Part shown: piece after piece, positions 9,161 through 19,032 of the stretch
Numbering within the stretch: position 1 is the stretch's first letter
How the letters are laid out: each line of letters begins with the position of its first letter
Assembly: GCA_036656055.1 (NCBI GenBank)
Contig: JAVVOY010000001.1
Location: 33,662-97,661 of the forward strand
Direction: 5' to 3'
Length of the DNA stretch: 64,000 nucleotides
Source of the DNA: Bacteroidales bacterium
Lineage (GTDB): Bacteria > Bacteroidota > Bacteroidia > Bacteroidales > G3-4614
Program-made: the position numbers and the translations under genes
The notes under the pieces: model-generated
Database searches by the model: none
Seen by the model: the letters and a program-made list of their open reading frames with translations, nothing else
Told to the model about the DNA's origin: nothing

Positions 9161-10255
9161 TTATCCCCTCTTTTTAAGTAGTGATTTTTGCAGATATTCC
9201 GAAGGGGTGGTTCCTGTTTCTTTCCGAAAATAGCGTAATGCTGTGGCTTTTGATCTGAATCCTACATCGAAGAATGTTTCATAAATACCATTTATCTCCT
9301 GATTCTCAATTGTATTTATAAAATCCTTTGTTCTACATCCGTTTATCATAGCATAAAAGCCATCATATCCAGCTTTCTGTATATAATTTGACAGGGTCGT
9401 GCGGTTAGTTCCCATCATGGACGCTAATTCAACTAATGTTAGATCGGGGTTGCGCCATACAGCTTTTTTCTCCATAAATGCAGTGAACTTTCTCCATAAT
9501 GGTGAATCGCAAGAGTTATTCAGAATAGAAATCTGCCTCTCAATCTCATTGTTAGGTAATGGTTGATAGCATTTTGATAATGGCATACGTAAGTAAATCT
9601 CCTGATATGTTAGAATAATACAAAATGCAAGACAGTAAATTTGCATTGTAAATCTGGCGGTGACAGAATTGGTAAAAAGCCAATATATATATATACAAAC
9701 ACTTATTGATACGCCTATACAGAACATCTGTATCCATTTTATATTTACTAAGCTTTTTGTCCTATTTGGCAGATAGGCAATTATAAGCGATATAAACAAC
9801 ATACATGTTGAGACAACTATTCTAAGCCACACATTATATTCCCCTATATGATGATATATATCGTTTAGTGATCCGACCCTTATAAAGTTTGGCTTTGTCA
9901 CAAGAAGGATAATGTTTAGCAATATCCAAGGAGAAAGGAGAAGAGATATACTCTTTAAGTTAAGGAATCCTGGTTTTATAATCTCAATAGGATATGCTAA
10001 CATGACAAAAAAAGCGAACAATGTTATATTCAGGCTGCTCATAGAGAATATCTCATATTCTGTATTTGAAGTGTCTTTGTAGTGGTGAAAAACACTCCCT
10101 AACATAAGTATCCCCCATATAATGAAGCTTACGGCCAGAATGATTCTTGATTTATTCCCCTCACCTCTGCGAAGAATTAACAATAAAGCGCACAACAAAT
10201 ATGTGAAAGGGGTAAAATGCAGCACTATCTCCAACAAGTATTTAGATAACTCCAT
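9161..10255 (-). CDS. Membrane-anchored AraC-family transcriptional regulator, paralog A
   Basis: The track start at 10264 is GTG, so I trimmed to the ATG at 10255 (MELSKYLL, parallel to MEMSEYIF of paralog B). Same architecture as B, and its stop is 2 nt from the start of paralog B. Confidence 0.8.
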   Translation of the reverse strand: MELSKYLLEIVLHFTPFTYLLCALLLILRRGEGNKSRIILAVSFIIWGILMLGSVFHHYKDTSNTEYEIFSMSSLNITLFAFFVMLAYPIEIIKPGFLNLKSISLLLSPWILLNIILLVTKPNFIRVGSLNDIYHHIGEYNVWLRIVVSTCMLFISLIIAYLPNRTKSLVNIKWIQMFCIGVSISVCIYIYWLFTNSVTARFTMQIYCLAFCIILTYQEIYLRMPLSKCYQPLPNNEIERQISILNNSCDSPLWRKFTAFMEKKAVWRNPDLTLVELASMMGTNRTTLSNYIQKAGYDGFYAMINGCRTKDFINTIENQEINGIYETFFDVGFRSKATALRYFRKETGTTPSEYLQKSLLKKRG

Positions 10256-10509
10256 ATTTTGCACTAATGTATGAACGGATATATATAAAATAGCTTTACA
10301 ATAAACAGATATAACTGTATCTCTTACAAAGGTAATATTATTTTTGTTATTAGTAAAACTACTTATGCCTGTAATGCGTTCTATTATGTATATTATAGTG
10401 CGAATTAATCTTTATTGCCTGAGTATAAAACATGAGAATTTAAACTCGTAACTTTTGTGTCCGATATTTTTCTTTTAAAAAAAAATGGCAATATTGGTTA
10501 TATGTTTAT

Positions 10510-10517
10510 TATATTTG
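10510..10517 (+). promoter_or_regulatory. -7 box TATATTTG upstream of fucI
   Basis: TAnnTTTG match, about 150 nt upstream of the ATG at 10670. Confidence 0.4.
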
Positions 10518-10669
10518 CGTTAATTTGTTATGCTAAAAATAGCGTAATATTATTTACATAAATACGATGGTCATGTCAGTGTAAATACAAATGATATTGT
10601 TAGTTATTATTAGTTGAGCCACAGTATATTAAAAAGTTTTATATCTTAAAAACAATAAATATTAACCGC

Positions 10670-12463
10670 ATGAAAAAAAACAGATTAGTAGGAGATTACC
10701 CTGTTATCGGCATCCGCCCGACGATTGACGGAAGACGAGGAGAGATACAGGTACGAGAGTGCTTGGAGGAACAGACTATGAATATGGCAAAATCGGCAGC
10801 GCGTTTGTTTGAGGAGAATTTGCGATATAGTAATGGTGAATCAGTGAAAGTTATAATAGCCGATACAACCATTGGGCGTGTTGGTGAAGCTGCTGCTTGT
10901 GCCGAGAAGTTCAGAAAAGCAGGAGTGGATATTACCCTTACCGTAACCCCGTGTTGGTGTTATGGCGCAGAGACAATGGATATGGATCCTCTTACTATAA
11001 AAGGTGTTTGGGGATTTAATGGGACAGAACGCCCCGGAGCTGTTTATTTAGCGTCGGTGCTTGCAACACATAGTCAGAAAGGACGCCCTGCTTTTGGGAT
11101 ATACGGACATGATGTTCAAAATGCAGACGATACAACCCTACCGGAGGATGTAAAAGAAAAAATGCTACGTTTCGGACGAGCTGCAGTTGCTGCAGCAACG
11201 ATGCGAGGTAAATCATACCTGCAGATAGGTTCTATTTGCATGGGTATAGGAGGTTCAATAATAGATCCTGACTTTATAGAAGAGTATCTGGGAATGCGTG
11301 TTGAATCTGTTGATGAGGTAGAAATAATACGTCGCATAACAGAAGATATCTATGACAAAGCCGAATACGAGCGCGCTTTGGCATGGACAAAAGAAAAATG
11401 CAAAGAAGGCTTCGACAAAAATCCCGTAAATATGCAGAAGACACGTCAGCAGAAAGATGCAGATTGGGAGTTTGTTGTAAAGATGATGATCATAATAAAA
11501 GATCTTATGAGTGGTAATCCCAACCTTCCCGCAAACGGCGAGGAGGAGAAGGTCGGTCATAATGCTATTGCCGCCGGTTTTCAGGGACAACGCCAGTGGA
11601 CAGATTTTTATCCCAATTGTGATTATCCCGAAGCTATGCTTAATACTTCGTTTGATTGGAACGGTGCACGAGAACCGTATATTCTGGCAACCGAAAACGA
11701 TGTGCTTAACGGTTTGGGGATGCTATTTATGAAACTTCTCACCAATCGCGCACAGATATTTGCTGACGTTCGTACATATTGGAGTCCGGATGCAGTAAAA
11801 AAAGCAACCGGTTATGAGTTGGAAGGGGAAGCAAAGAAGTCTGACGGAATAATTCATCTTATCAATTCAGGAGCAGCTTGTTTAGATGCCTGTGGAGCAG
11901 CCAAAAACACAAAAGGGAATGGAGTTATGAAGGAGTGGTGGAATGTCACAGCTGAAGATCAGAAAGCTATTCTTGATAATACGACATGGAATCCTGCCGA
12001 CCTTGGCTACTTCCGTGGTGGGGGCTACTCATCACGGTTTCTTACTGAAGCTGAGATGCCCGTAACCATGATACGCCTTAACCTTGTAAAAGGTCTTGGT
12101 CCGGTGGTACAGATAGCAGAAGGATGGACGGTTAAGTTACCCGATAAAGTCTCTGACATCCTCTGGAAACGTACCGATTACACATGGCCTTGTACATGGT
12201 TTGCTCCACGTTGCACCGGTAATGGGGCGTTCAGAAGCGCTTATGATGTTATGAATAACTGGGGAGCTAACCATGGAGCCATATCTTACGGGCATATTGG
12301 TGCTGACCTCATAACACTCTGTTCCATGTTGCGTATTCCGGTATCTATGCACAATGTACCCGAGGAGGATATATTCCGTCCATCGGCATGGGGTGCTTTT
12401 GGAATGGACAAAGAGGGGCAGGATTATAGAGCATGTTCTGCATACGGACCTATGTATAAATAA
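10670..12463 (+). CDS. fucI: L-fucose isomerase
   Basis: 597 aa. Strong resemblance to FucI over its whole length ([13 protein letters not shown]..., ...[18 protein letters not shown]...). Confidence 0.95.
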   Translation: MKKNRLVGDYPVIGIRPTIDGRRGEIQVRECLEEQTMNMAKSAARLFEENLRYSNGESVKVIIADTTIGRVGEAAACAEKFRKAGVDITLTVTPCWCYGAETMDMDPLTIKGVWGFNGTERPGAVYLASVLATHSQKGRPAFGIYGHDVQNADDTTLPEDVKEKMLRFGRAAVAAATMRGKSYLQIGSICMGIGGSIIDPDFIEEYLGMRVESVDEVEIIRRITEDIYDKAEYERALAWTKEKCKEGFDKNPVNMQKTRQQKDADWEFVVKMMIIIKDLMSGNPNLPANGEEEKVGHNAIAAGFQGQRQWTDFYPNCDYPEAMLNTSFDWNGAREPYILATENDVLNGLGMLFMKLLTNRAQIFADVRTYWSPDAVKKATGYELEGEAKKSDGIIHLINSGAACLDACGAAKNTKGNGVMKEWWNVTAEDQKAILDNTTWNPADLGYFRGGGYSSRFLTEAEMPVTMIRLNLVKGLGPVVQIAEGWTVKLPDKVSDILWKRTDYTWPCTWFAPRCTGNGAFRSAYDVMNNWGANHGAISYGHIGADLITLCSMLRIPVSMHNVPEEDIFRPSAWGAFGMDKEGQDYRACSAYGPMYK

Positions 12464-12577
12464 CCTAAATCATCAATAGAAAGCTATAAGAGTTGTATTA
12501 CACTAACTTGCGAACGGAGTTTGTCGCTTTTTATTGATGATTCGTTTTTTTAATAAAATAAAAATATATAAGAAGAA

Positions 12578-13732
12578 ATGGTAAGAAGATTTGTATTAAA
12601 TGAAATGGCATATTTTGGAGCTGAAGCACGAAAAGAGCTTCCGTCAGAAATATCGAGAAAAGGATTAGGTAAGGCTTTTGTCGTAACGGATAAAGACCTG
12701 ATAAAATTTGGTGTTGTACAAAAAGTGCTTGATGTATTAGAAGAAGCAAAGATACCGTACGAAGTATTCAGCGAAATAAAACAAAATCCCACTGTAAAAA
12801 ACGTGAAAGCAGGAGTGACAGCATTTGCTGGATCAGGAGCTGACTTTATTTTGGCAATTGGCGGAGGTTCATCAATTGATACGTCAAAGGCAATAGGAAT
12901 AATTACTGCAAATCCGGAATTTTCTGATGTTGTATCGCTTGAAGGTGTTGCAAACACCAAGAATCGCTCAATACCTATAATTGCCCTCCCTACTACGGCA
13001 GGCACTGCTGCCGAGGTAACAATAAACTACGTTATAACAGATGAAGAGAATGAGAAGAAGATGGTTTGCGTCGATCCCAATGATATCCCGGTTGTTGCGA
13101 TAGTAGATGCCGAACTTATGTATTCGCTGCCTAAGGGATTAACAGCCGCAACAGGTATGGATGCCCTGACGCACGCAATTGAGGGGCTTATAACAAAAGG
13201 ATCATGGGAGTTTAGTGATATGTTTGAGATAAAAGCAATAGAGATGATTGCAAAATATCTCTCCACAGCCGTTTCTGAACCAGATAACGTTGAGGCCAGA
13301 GAGGGTATGGCTTTAGCACAATATGTTGCAGGTATGGCATTTTCTAATGTGGGTTTAGGTGTAGTTCACGGAATGGCTCATCCTATGGGAGCTATATTTG
13401 ATATACCCCATGGAGTTGCAAATGCAATATTACTTCCTACTGTAATGGAATTTAACGCATCGGCAGCATATCCAAAATATATTGAGATTGCAAAAGCAAT
13501 GGGGGTCTATAAAGACAAAATGACAAAAGAAGAAGCCGCTGCCGCTGCCGTTAAGGCCGTGCGCGACTTGTCAGCAAAGGTAGGTATTCCTCAGCATCTT
13601 AGTTTGTTAGGAATATATGAAAAAGACCTTGACAAATTGGCAGAATCAGCTATTGCAGATGTTTGCACCCCCGGTAATCCGCGGAAGGTAAGCAAAGAGA
13701 TTATAAAAGATTTATATAAAAATATATTATGA
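12578..13732 (+). CDS. fucO: Lactaldehyde reductase (iron-containing alcohol dehydrogenase)
   Basis: 384 aa. Fe-ADH motifs (GGGSSIDTSKA, PTTAGTAAEVT, HGMAHPMG...HG) and its position inside the fucose operon. Confidence 0.85.
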   Translation: MVRRFVLNEMAYFGAEARKELPSEISRKGLGKAFVVTDKDLIKFGVVQKVLDVLEEAKIPYEVFSEIKQNPTVKNVKAGVTAFAGSGADFILAIGGGSSIDTSKAIGIITANPEFSDVVSLEGVANTKNRSIPIIALPTTAGTAAEVTINYVITDEENEKKMVCVDPNDIPVVAIVDAELMYSLPKGLTAATGMDALTHAIEGLITKGSWEFSDMFEIKAIEMIAKYLSTAVSEPDNVEAREGMALAQYVAGMAFSNVGLGVVHGMAHPMGAIFDIPHGVANAILLPTVMEFNASAAYPKYIEIAKAMGVYKDKMTKEEAAAAAVKAVRDLSAKVGIPQHLSLLGIYEKDLDKLAESAIADVCTPGNPRKVSKEIIKDLYKNIL

Positions 13733-14373
13733 TGAAAATAACAGATACTCATTATGATGAGTTTCTTGCTGCGGCTCACAAGGCCGGAGCTGAGCATCTG
13801 ATGCTTTGTAGTAGTGGCAACATGTCTTGCAGGCTTGGGGATAAAGTTCTTATGTCAGGTACTGGAACATGGCTCCCGAATATAAGAAAAGAAAATATAG
13901 CACTTCTTAACATGCTTACGGCAGAGAGTGAAAACGGTGTAAAACCATCAATGGAGCATGTATTCCATCTTGGAGTACTCAGAATGCGCCCGGATATGAA
14001 TGTTGTACTTCATTTTCAGTCGGAGTATGCAACTACCATTGCATGTATGAAAAATAAACCGACAGATTATAACGTAACAGCCGAAATCCCATGCCATGTA
14101 GGAAGAGAAATACCTGTAATACCGTATTTTCGCCCAGGTTCCCCCGAATTGGCAGACGCGGTTATAACAGCAATGAAGGAACATGATGCCTGTTTACTTT
14201 CGAGCCACGGACAAGTTGTGTGTGGTAAAGATTATAACGATGCCTTTGAGAAAGCAATGTTTTTTGAAATGGCATGTCGTATAATAATTCAATCTGGGAA
14301 TAATTGTAATGTTTTGAATCATTCCGAAATAAGAGATCTTGATAAATACGTATTAGGTAAAATAACAGAATAA
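13729..14373 (+). CDS. fucA: Class II aldolase; by context L-fuculose-phosphate aldolase
   Basis: 214 aa class II aldolase/adducin fold (SGNMSCR..., EHVFH..., HFQSEYAT..., LSSHGQVV). ATGA overlap with the fucO stop. Confidence 0.8.
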   Translation: MMKITDTHYDEFLAAAHKAGAEHLMLCSSGNMSCRLGDKVLMSGTGTWLPNIRKENIALLNMLTAESENGVKPSMEHVFHLGVLRMRPDMNVVLHFQSEYATTIACMKNKPTDYNVTAEIPCHVGREIPVIPYFRPGSPELADAVITAMKEHDACLLSSHGQVVCGKDYNDAFEKAMFFEMACRIIIQSGNNCNVLNHSEIRDLDKYVLGKITE

Positions 14374-14403
14374 TACAAAGTTGTTATTCTCAATCATAAA
14401 GTT

Positions 14404-15807
14404 ATGTATTATATCGCTGCAGATTTTGGAGCAGGTAGCGGTAGAGTTATAGTTGGTACTATCTCTGCTGAAGGTTTATTTCTTGATGAAGTGCATCGTT
14501 TCCCAAACCACCAGATAGATATTGGCGGTCGATTGTATTGGGATTTTCCTGCACTTTTTCACGAACTTAAGACAGGTCTACGTAAAGCATTTGCAAAGTA
14601 CGGAAGTACAATTAAAAGCATGGGAGTGGATACATGGGGCGTGGATTATGCCCTTATAGACAAGCATGGGCATCTGATATCAAATCCAGTCTGTTATCGT
14701 GATATAAGGACAAAAGGAGTACAGGAAAAAGCTTTTGAAAAGATACCTAAAGAGACGTTCTTTTCACTTGCAGGAAACCAATTTATGGATATAAATACTG
14801 TATTCCAACTATACAGTTCTCTCCTTGAAGATGATGATTCTCTTAAATACGCAGATAAATTACTTTTTACACCGGATCTTTTTAACTATTTTCTTACCGG
14901 AACGGCAGTTAACGAATACACAATATCGTCTACATCGCAGATGCTTAACTCTTCTACCGGTACTTGGGATAGGAAGATATTTTCTGAACTCGGTCTCCCA
15001 TTTAAACTGATGCAGAGAATAGTTCTGCCGGGTTTTCTGTTGGGACGTCTTACGGAAAGTGTATCGGAAGAGGTTGGTGGAAATATAGATGTTGTTGCCG
15101 TCGGTTCACACGATACGGCATCAGCGTTGGCATCTATTGCTGCCACAGATGATAAATGTGCATTTATAAGTTCAGGTACATGGTCTTTAATGGGTGTTGA
15201 GATTGAACATCCAATACAGACAAAAGCGGCGATGGATGCCGATTTTACAAACGAAGGTACTATTTCAGGGACAATACGATTTCTTAAGAATATAACAGGA
15301 CTATGGCTTATACAGTCGCTTGTCAGAGAGTGGGAAGGGGGAGGAGAGACATGTAACTATGCCACATTGGTTGATGAAGCGGAAAGGTCGTCATGCAACT
15401 CTGTTATAGATGTTTCAGATAATATTTTTGTAGCGCCCAAGAGCATGAATGAAGCAATAACAAATTATTGTAAATCTCATGGAGAGCCGGAACCGATAAC
15501 AAAAGGTGACTTTATGCGCGTTATATGTGTATCGTTGGCAGAAGAATATGCAAAGGTGAAGTTACAACTTGAGTCATGTACCGGAAAAGTAATAAATACT
15601 ATACACGTAGTTGGTGGAGGTTCGCAAAATGCCCTTCTTAACCGTCTGACAGCTGAAAAAACAGGATGTACAGTAATCGCAGGTCCGGTTGAAGCCACGG
15701 CAATAGGTAATATAGCGGTACAGGCATTTGCTTCAGGAGAACTTAAAACAGCCGAAGACCTTAGACTGCTGCTCAGTAAAATAGATATTAAACAGTATAA
15801 CCCGTAA
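14404..15807 (+). CDS. fucK: FGGY-family sugar kinase (rhamnulokinase-like); by context L-fuculokinase
   Basis: 467 aa. N-terminus AADFGAGSGRVIVG, and GVDTWGVDY and VGGGSQN motifs of FGGY kinases. Confidence 0.75.
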   Translation: MYYIAADFGAGSGRVIVGTISAEGLFLDEVHRFPNHQIDIGGRLYWDFPALFHELKTGLRKAFAKYGSTIKSMGVDTWGVDYALIDKHGHLISNPVCYRDIRTKGVQEKAFEKIPKETFFSLAGNQFMDINTVFQLYSSLLEDDDSLKYADKLLFTPDLFNYFLTGTAVNEYTISSTSQMLNSSTGTWDRKIFSELGLPFKLMQRIVLPGFLLGRLTESVSEEVGGNIDVVAVGSHDTASALASIAATDDKCAFISSGTWSLMGVEIEHPIQTKAAMDADFTNEGTISGTIRFLKNITGLWLIQSLVREWEGGGETCNYATLVDEAERSSCNSVIDVSDNIFVAPKSMNEAITNYCKSHGEPEPITKGDFMRVICVSLAEEYAKVKLQLESCTGKVINTIHVVGGGSQNALLNRLTAEKTGCTVIAGPVEATAIGNIAVQAFASGELKTAEDLRLLLSKIDIKQYNP

Positions 15808-15906
15808 GAATCTGTTTAAAAGTAAAAACAGATAAAATTCTTCATATACAGGATATTATAGATAAGAAAAATTTTAAATAGTTTAAAAACCAATAAACAA
15901 AAAATT

Positions 15907-17229
15907 ATGACTGCATTAGAAAAAATTAGGGTTGTCGAAAAATCGGCAGTAGTTCCATTTATTATGCTGATCTCATGTTTTGCGCTATGGGGGCTTCTTA
16001 ATAATATGACCGATAACCTTGTGCCGGCATTTGCAAAGATTTTTATGATAGATGCTGTAAATTCATCGTTAGTGCAGGTTGCGTTTTATGGTGCTTACGC
16101 TGTATTGGCAATTCCGGCAGCAATAATCATAAAAAGATATTCTTATCGCGTTGGAGTACTTGTCGGGCTGGGATTTTATATAATAGGCGCATTGGGCTAT
16201 ATCCCTGCAGCCATGCTGCAAAGCTACGAGATGTTTTTAGCATCAATATTCATACTTGCTTGCGGTCTTTCGGTGCTTGAAACAACATGTAATCCTTACG
16301 TGCTATCGCTTGGAGCAAAGCAAACATCAATACAACGCCTTAACTTTGCTCAGGCTTTTAACCCTCTCGGTTCTCTTACCGGAATATTTCTCGCCAAATA
16401 TCTTATATTAGAACACCTTAACGAAGCAACAGTTGCTGAGCGGATGCAAATGGCACCGGATACGATAGCACACATGCGTAACGGAGAGTTATTATGGGTA
16501 TGCGTACCATATGTTGGATTAGTTGTAATTGCTGTTATTATATGGCTATTCTTTTTTAACTATAAAAAATCTGAAAACAAGGATAGTGAAGGTGCGTTGA
16601 ATATGGCAGAATCATTTAAGAAACTTGCATCGAAGCCACGTTATTACTGGGGCGTCATGACGCAATTCTTTTATGTTGGCTTGCAGATTACTGTCTGGAC
16701 ATGGACCGTAAAATATGCGATGACTATTTTTGGCGGAATAAATGAAGCGGAAGCCGCCAAATATTATCTTTATTCTATAATTCTGTTTATAATATGCCGA
16801 TGGATATGTACAGGGCTTATTCATCGTTTCAATCCGGCTATGTTACTTACCGGGTTTGCCGTTGCCGGTATATTATCCTGTATTGGAACCATATATATGC
16901 CCCCACACATTTCAATTTGGATGCTTGTAGCAATATCAGGTTGTATGTCGTTGATGTTTCCTACAATATACGGAATAGCACTTTACGATATGGGCGATGA
17001 GGTTAAGTTAGGGGCTGCCGGTCTTATAATGGCTATTCTCGGAGGGGCAGTAGTAACTCCGTTTATGGGGTTATTTATAGATAAAGGATGGTTGTCGGGA
17101 CTTGCACCAGCCTTTTCTACCGGAGTTGATTCGGCTGTAAGATCATCGTTTTATATCCCGTTATTTTGTTTTGTTGTTGTAATGACATACGGTTTGTATA
17201 TTTACAGGTTGCGTAATTCGGAAAAATAA
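15907..17229 (+). CDS. fucP: L-fucose:H+ symporter permease (MFS)
   Basis: 440 aa, about 12 TM. FucP-like N-terminus (FALWGLLNNMTDNLVPAFAKIF). Confidence 0.88.
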   Translation: MTALEKIRVVEKSAVVPFIMLISCFALWGLLNNMTDNLVPAFAKIFMIDAVNSSLVQVAFYGAYAVLAIPAAIIIKRYSYRVGVLVGLGFYIIGALGYIPAAMLQSYEMFLASIFILACGLSVLETTCNPYVLSLGAKQTSIQRLNFAQAFNPLGSLTGIFLAKYLILEHLNEATVAERMQMAPDTIAHMRNGELLWVCVPYVGLVVIAVIIWLFFFNYKKSENKDSEGALNMAESFKKLASKPRYYWGVMTQFFYVGLQITVWTWTVKYAMTIFGGINEAEAAKYYLYSIILFIICRWICTGLIHRFNPAMLLTGFAVAGILSCIGTIYMPPHISIWMLVAISGCMSLMFPTIYGIALYDMGDEVKLGAAGLIMAILGGAVVTPFMGLFIDKGWLSGLAPAFSTGVDSAVRSSFYIPLFCFVVVMTYGLYIYRLRNSEK

Positions 17230-17240
17230 TACAGTCAGTA

Positions 17241-17279
17241 AAAAAAACGATTCTAAATATTTAGAATCGTTTTTTTTTT
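17241..17279. terminator. Bidirectional intrinsic terminator between fucP and the WYL gene
   Basis: aaaaaaaacgattctaaa-tat-tttagaatcgtttttttttt. An A-run and a T-run flank a perfect stem. Confidence 0.85.
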
Positions 17280-17335
17280 GCCGGAATCATTATTGATTAC
17301 CATCATTTTTCGCCTCATCTTTAAGTTATATAAGG

Positions 17336-18235
17336 TTATCTTTTGTATTGTTTAAGAGCTCTTTCGAGTGATGCTGCTATCTCGCAGCGCAGAGATTCAG
17401 GTTCAAGAATTTCTAAATTATCACCATGTGAGATTAACTCTTGTATAAGGTCAAAAGTTATCTTCATGTAGTATCCGAATGTTGTATAATTTGTACCGTT
17501 AGAAATTATGTATTGCGATTTATGTAATGGGAGAGTCTTAAAGTATGCAGCTTGATTAACGTTCACTTTAATTATTATTTTACACCCTGTTTCGTGACTG
17601 TGCGTTATCCCAAAGCAGTCTTTAAAATACTCTTCAGGTCTGAAATCTTCAGGATAATCAAAATGCTCTTTAAGAATATGTATACTATTCACTCTGTCTA
17701 TGGCATAAGTGCGCAGATCTGCGTATGATGTGTTGCGTCCTATTATATACCAGCGTTGTTTAAAAACCCGTATAAAATACGGTTCAAGAATAACTTTATG
17801 AGAAAATGCGTTTTTAAATGGCATATAATCAAACTCTAATATCATATCCTCTCGCATGGCCTCAATTATTGGAGTAAGAAATTTCTCTCCTGACGGTATG
17901 TTTTCGAGCATTATTCTATCGTGTAGTCGATGCTGCTCGTTCATCATATTACCTAACGAAAAAGAACTCAACAGCCACGATCTTATTTTATCATCAGAGA
18001 TTGAATCGCTGTCCTCAATATAATATTCCGATCTACTTCTGTCGCACTCTATATTTATATCAAAAAACTCCTGTATCTTTTCGCGGTGATTATGAAAAGT
18101 CCTTCGCGGTATCGGTATCCCATCAGAATAGTCAGTATGTATCCAGCGTTCATTTATCTCTTTTAACGACATTCGCCTGTTCTTGTAAAGCATGCTTACA
18201 AGCCACACATATCTATTAAACAGATTCTGCGCCAT
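17336..18235 (-). CDS. WYL-domain transcriptional regulator (HTH-WYL-WCX type)
   Basis: The track start at 18277 is GTG, so I trimmed to the ATG at 18235. N-terminal wHTH-like region, and a WYL core (KQRWYIIGRN...LRTYAIDRV). Confidence 0.75.
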   Translation of the reverse strand: MAQNLFNRYVWLVSMLYKNRRMSLKEINERWIHTDYSDGIPIPRRTFHNHREKIQEFFDINIECDRSRSEYYIEDSDSISDDKIRSWLLSSFSLGNMMNEQHRLHDRIMLENIPSGEKFLTPIIEAMREDMILEFDYMPFKNAFSHKVILEPYFIRVFKQRWYIIGRNTSYADLRTYAIDRVNSIHILKEHFDYPEDFRPEEYFKDCFGITHSHETGCKIIIKVNVNQAAYFKTLPLHKSQYIISNGTNYTTFGYYMKITFDLIQELISHGDNLEILEPESLRCEIAASLERALKQYKR

Positions 18236-18237
18236 TA

Positions 18238-18927
18238 TTATATTGCATCTGATTGGCACGCCTCCATTGCTTTCCACAGCTTGTCGTCATCAGGAAGCGG
18301 GGCTGTTACAGATATCTCCTTTTGGGATATTGGGTGTATAAAAGAGATATATCTGGCGTGCAGGGATATTCCGCCGTTTGGGTTAGAACGCTCAGCACCA
18401 TATTTAAGATCACCTTTTATTGTGCAACCTATTTTTGCTAATTGACAGCGTATCTGATGGTGTCTGCCTGTTTTCAACTCAATTTCCAAAAGATGATACT
18501 TGTCGCTGTGTCCAATTACGCGGTAAAATAATTCAGCCTCTTTTGCATCTGGTTGAGGGGCATCATAAGCTACACTTTTATTCTGTTTCTCATTACGAAC
18601 AAGGTAATGCCGTAATGTCTGGCTTTCACACGGAGGCATATTTTTTACAATAGCCCAGTATCTCTTTTTAACAGAGCCTTCACGGAACATTTCATTCATC
18701 CGTGTAAGAGCCTTGCTTGTTTTGGCAAAGACTACTGCACCGCTAACCGGACGGTCGAGACGATGTGTTACTCCAATGAATACATTTCCGGGTTTATTGT
18801 ATTTTTCCTTAAGCCATTCTTTTAGTGTCTCACTTAGTGGTTTATCGCCAGTCTTGTCACCTTGTACTATCTCTGAACAGGTCTTATTCACTATTATTAT
18901 ATGATTGTCTTCGTAGAGAGGTGTCAT
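18238..18927 (-). CDS. RluA-family RNA pseudouridine synthase (no S4 domain)
   Basis: 229 aa with the catalytic motif HRLDRPVSG. Confidence 0.88.
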   Translation of the reverse strand: MTPLYEDNHIIIVNKTCSEIVQGDKTGDKPLSETLKEWLKEKYNKPGNVFIGVTHRLDRPVSGAVVFAKTSKALTRMNEMFREGSVKKRYWAIVKNMPPCESQTLRHYLVRNEKQNKSVAYDAPQPDAKEAELFYRVIGHSDKYHLLEIELKTGRHHQIRCQLAKIGCTIKGDLKYGAERSNPNGGISLHARYISFIHPISQKEISVTAPLPDDDKLWKAMEACQSDAI

Positions 18928-18970
18928 AATAAAAATGTATTAGGAGTAGGTGTTATTTTAAATAGATTAA

Positions 18971-19004
18971 CTGCCACCTCTCTGTTTTAGATGAGAGATG
19001 GCAG
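18971..19004 (-). terminator. Hairpin downstream of fabG
   Basis: ctgccacctctc-N10-gagagatggcag, with one mismatch. Confidence 0.45.
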
Positions 19005-19032
19005 TTTTTGTATAATTACTTATGAAAACTAA

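Noticed and set aside
9161-10264. N-terminal extensions in the ORF track that begin at GTG/TTG: 10264, 7493, 18277, 20506, 30698, 58410. Also upstream in-frame ATG starts at 35319, 49806, 50921 and 3946.
   Set aside because: In each case a downstream ATG gives an N-terminus matching the family or a proper signal peptide, and it removes overlap with the upstream gene or promoter box. pyrG is the exception, because GTG is the only possible start.
5757-10300. An intact integrative element inserted at tRNA-Thr.
   Set aside because: There is no integrase, excisionase or transposase in the window. I could not find a direct repeat of the tRNA 3' end (ggttcgactccggcttgcggc) downstream by eye. At most this is a decayed remnant.
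10670-10684. The A8 tract at the very start of fucI (ATGAAAAAAAAC) as a phase-variation switch.
   Set aside because: MKKN-type N-termini are common in AT-rich Bacteroidota genes. The tract is short, and there is no evidence of an alternative frame or start.
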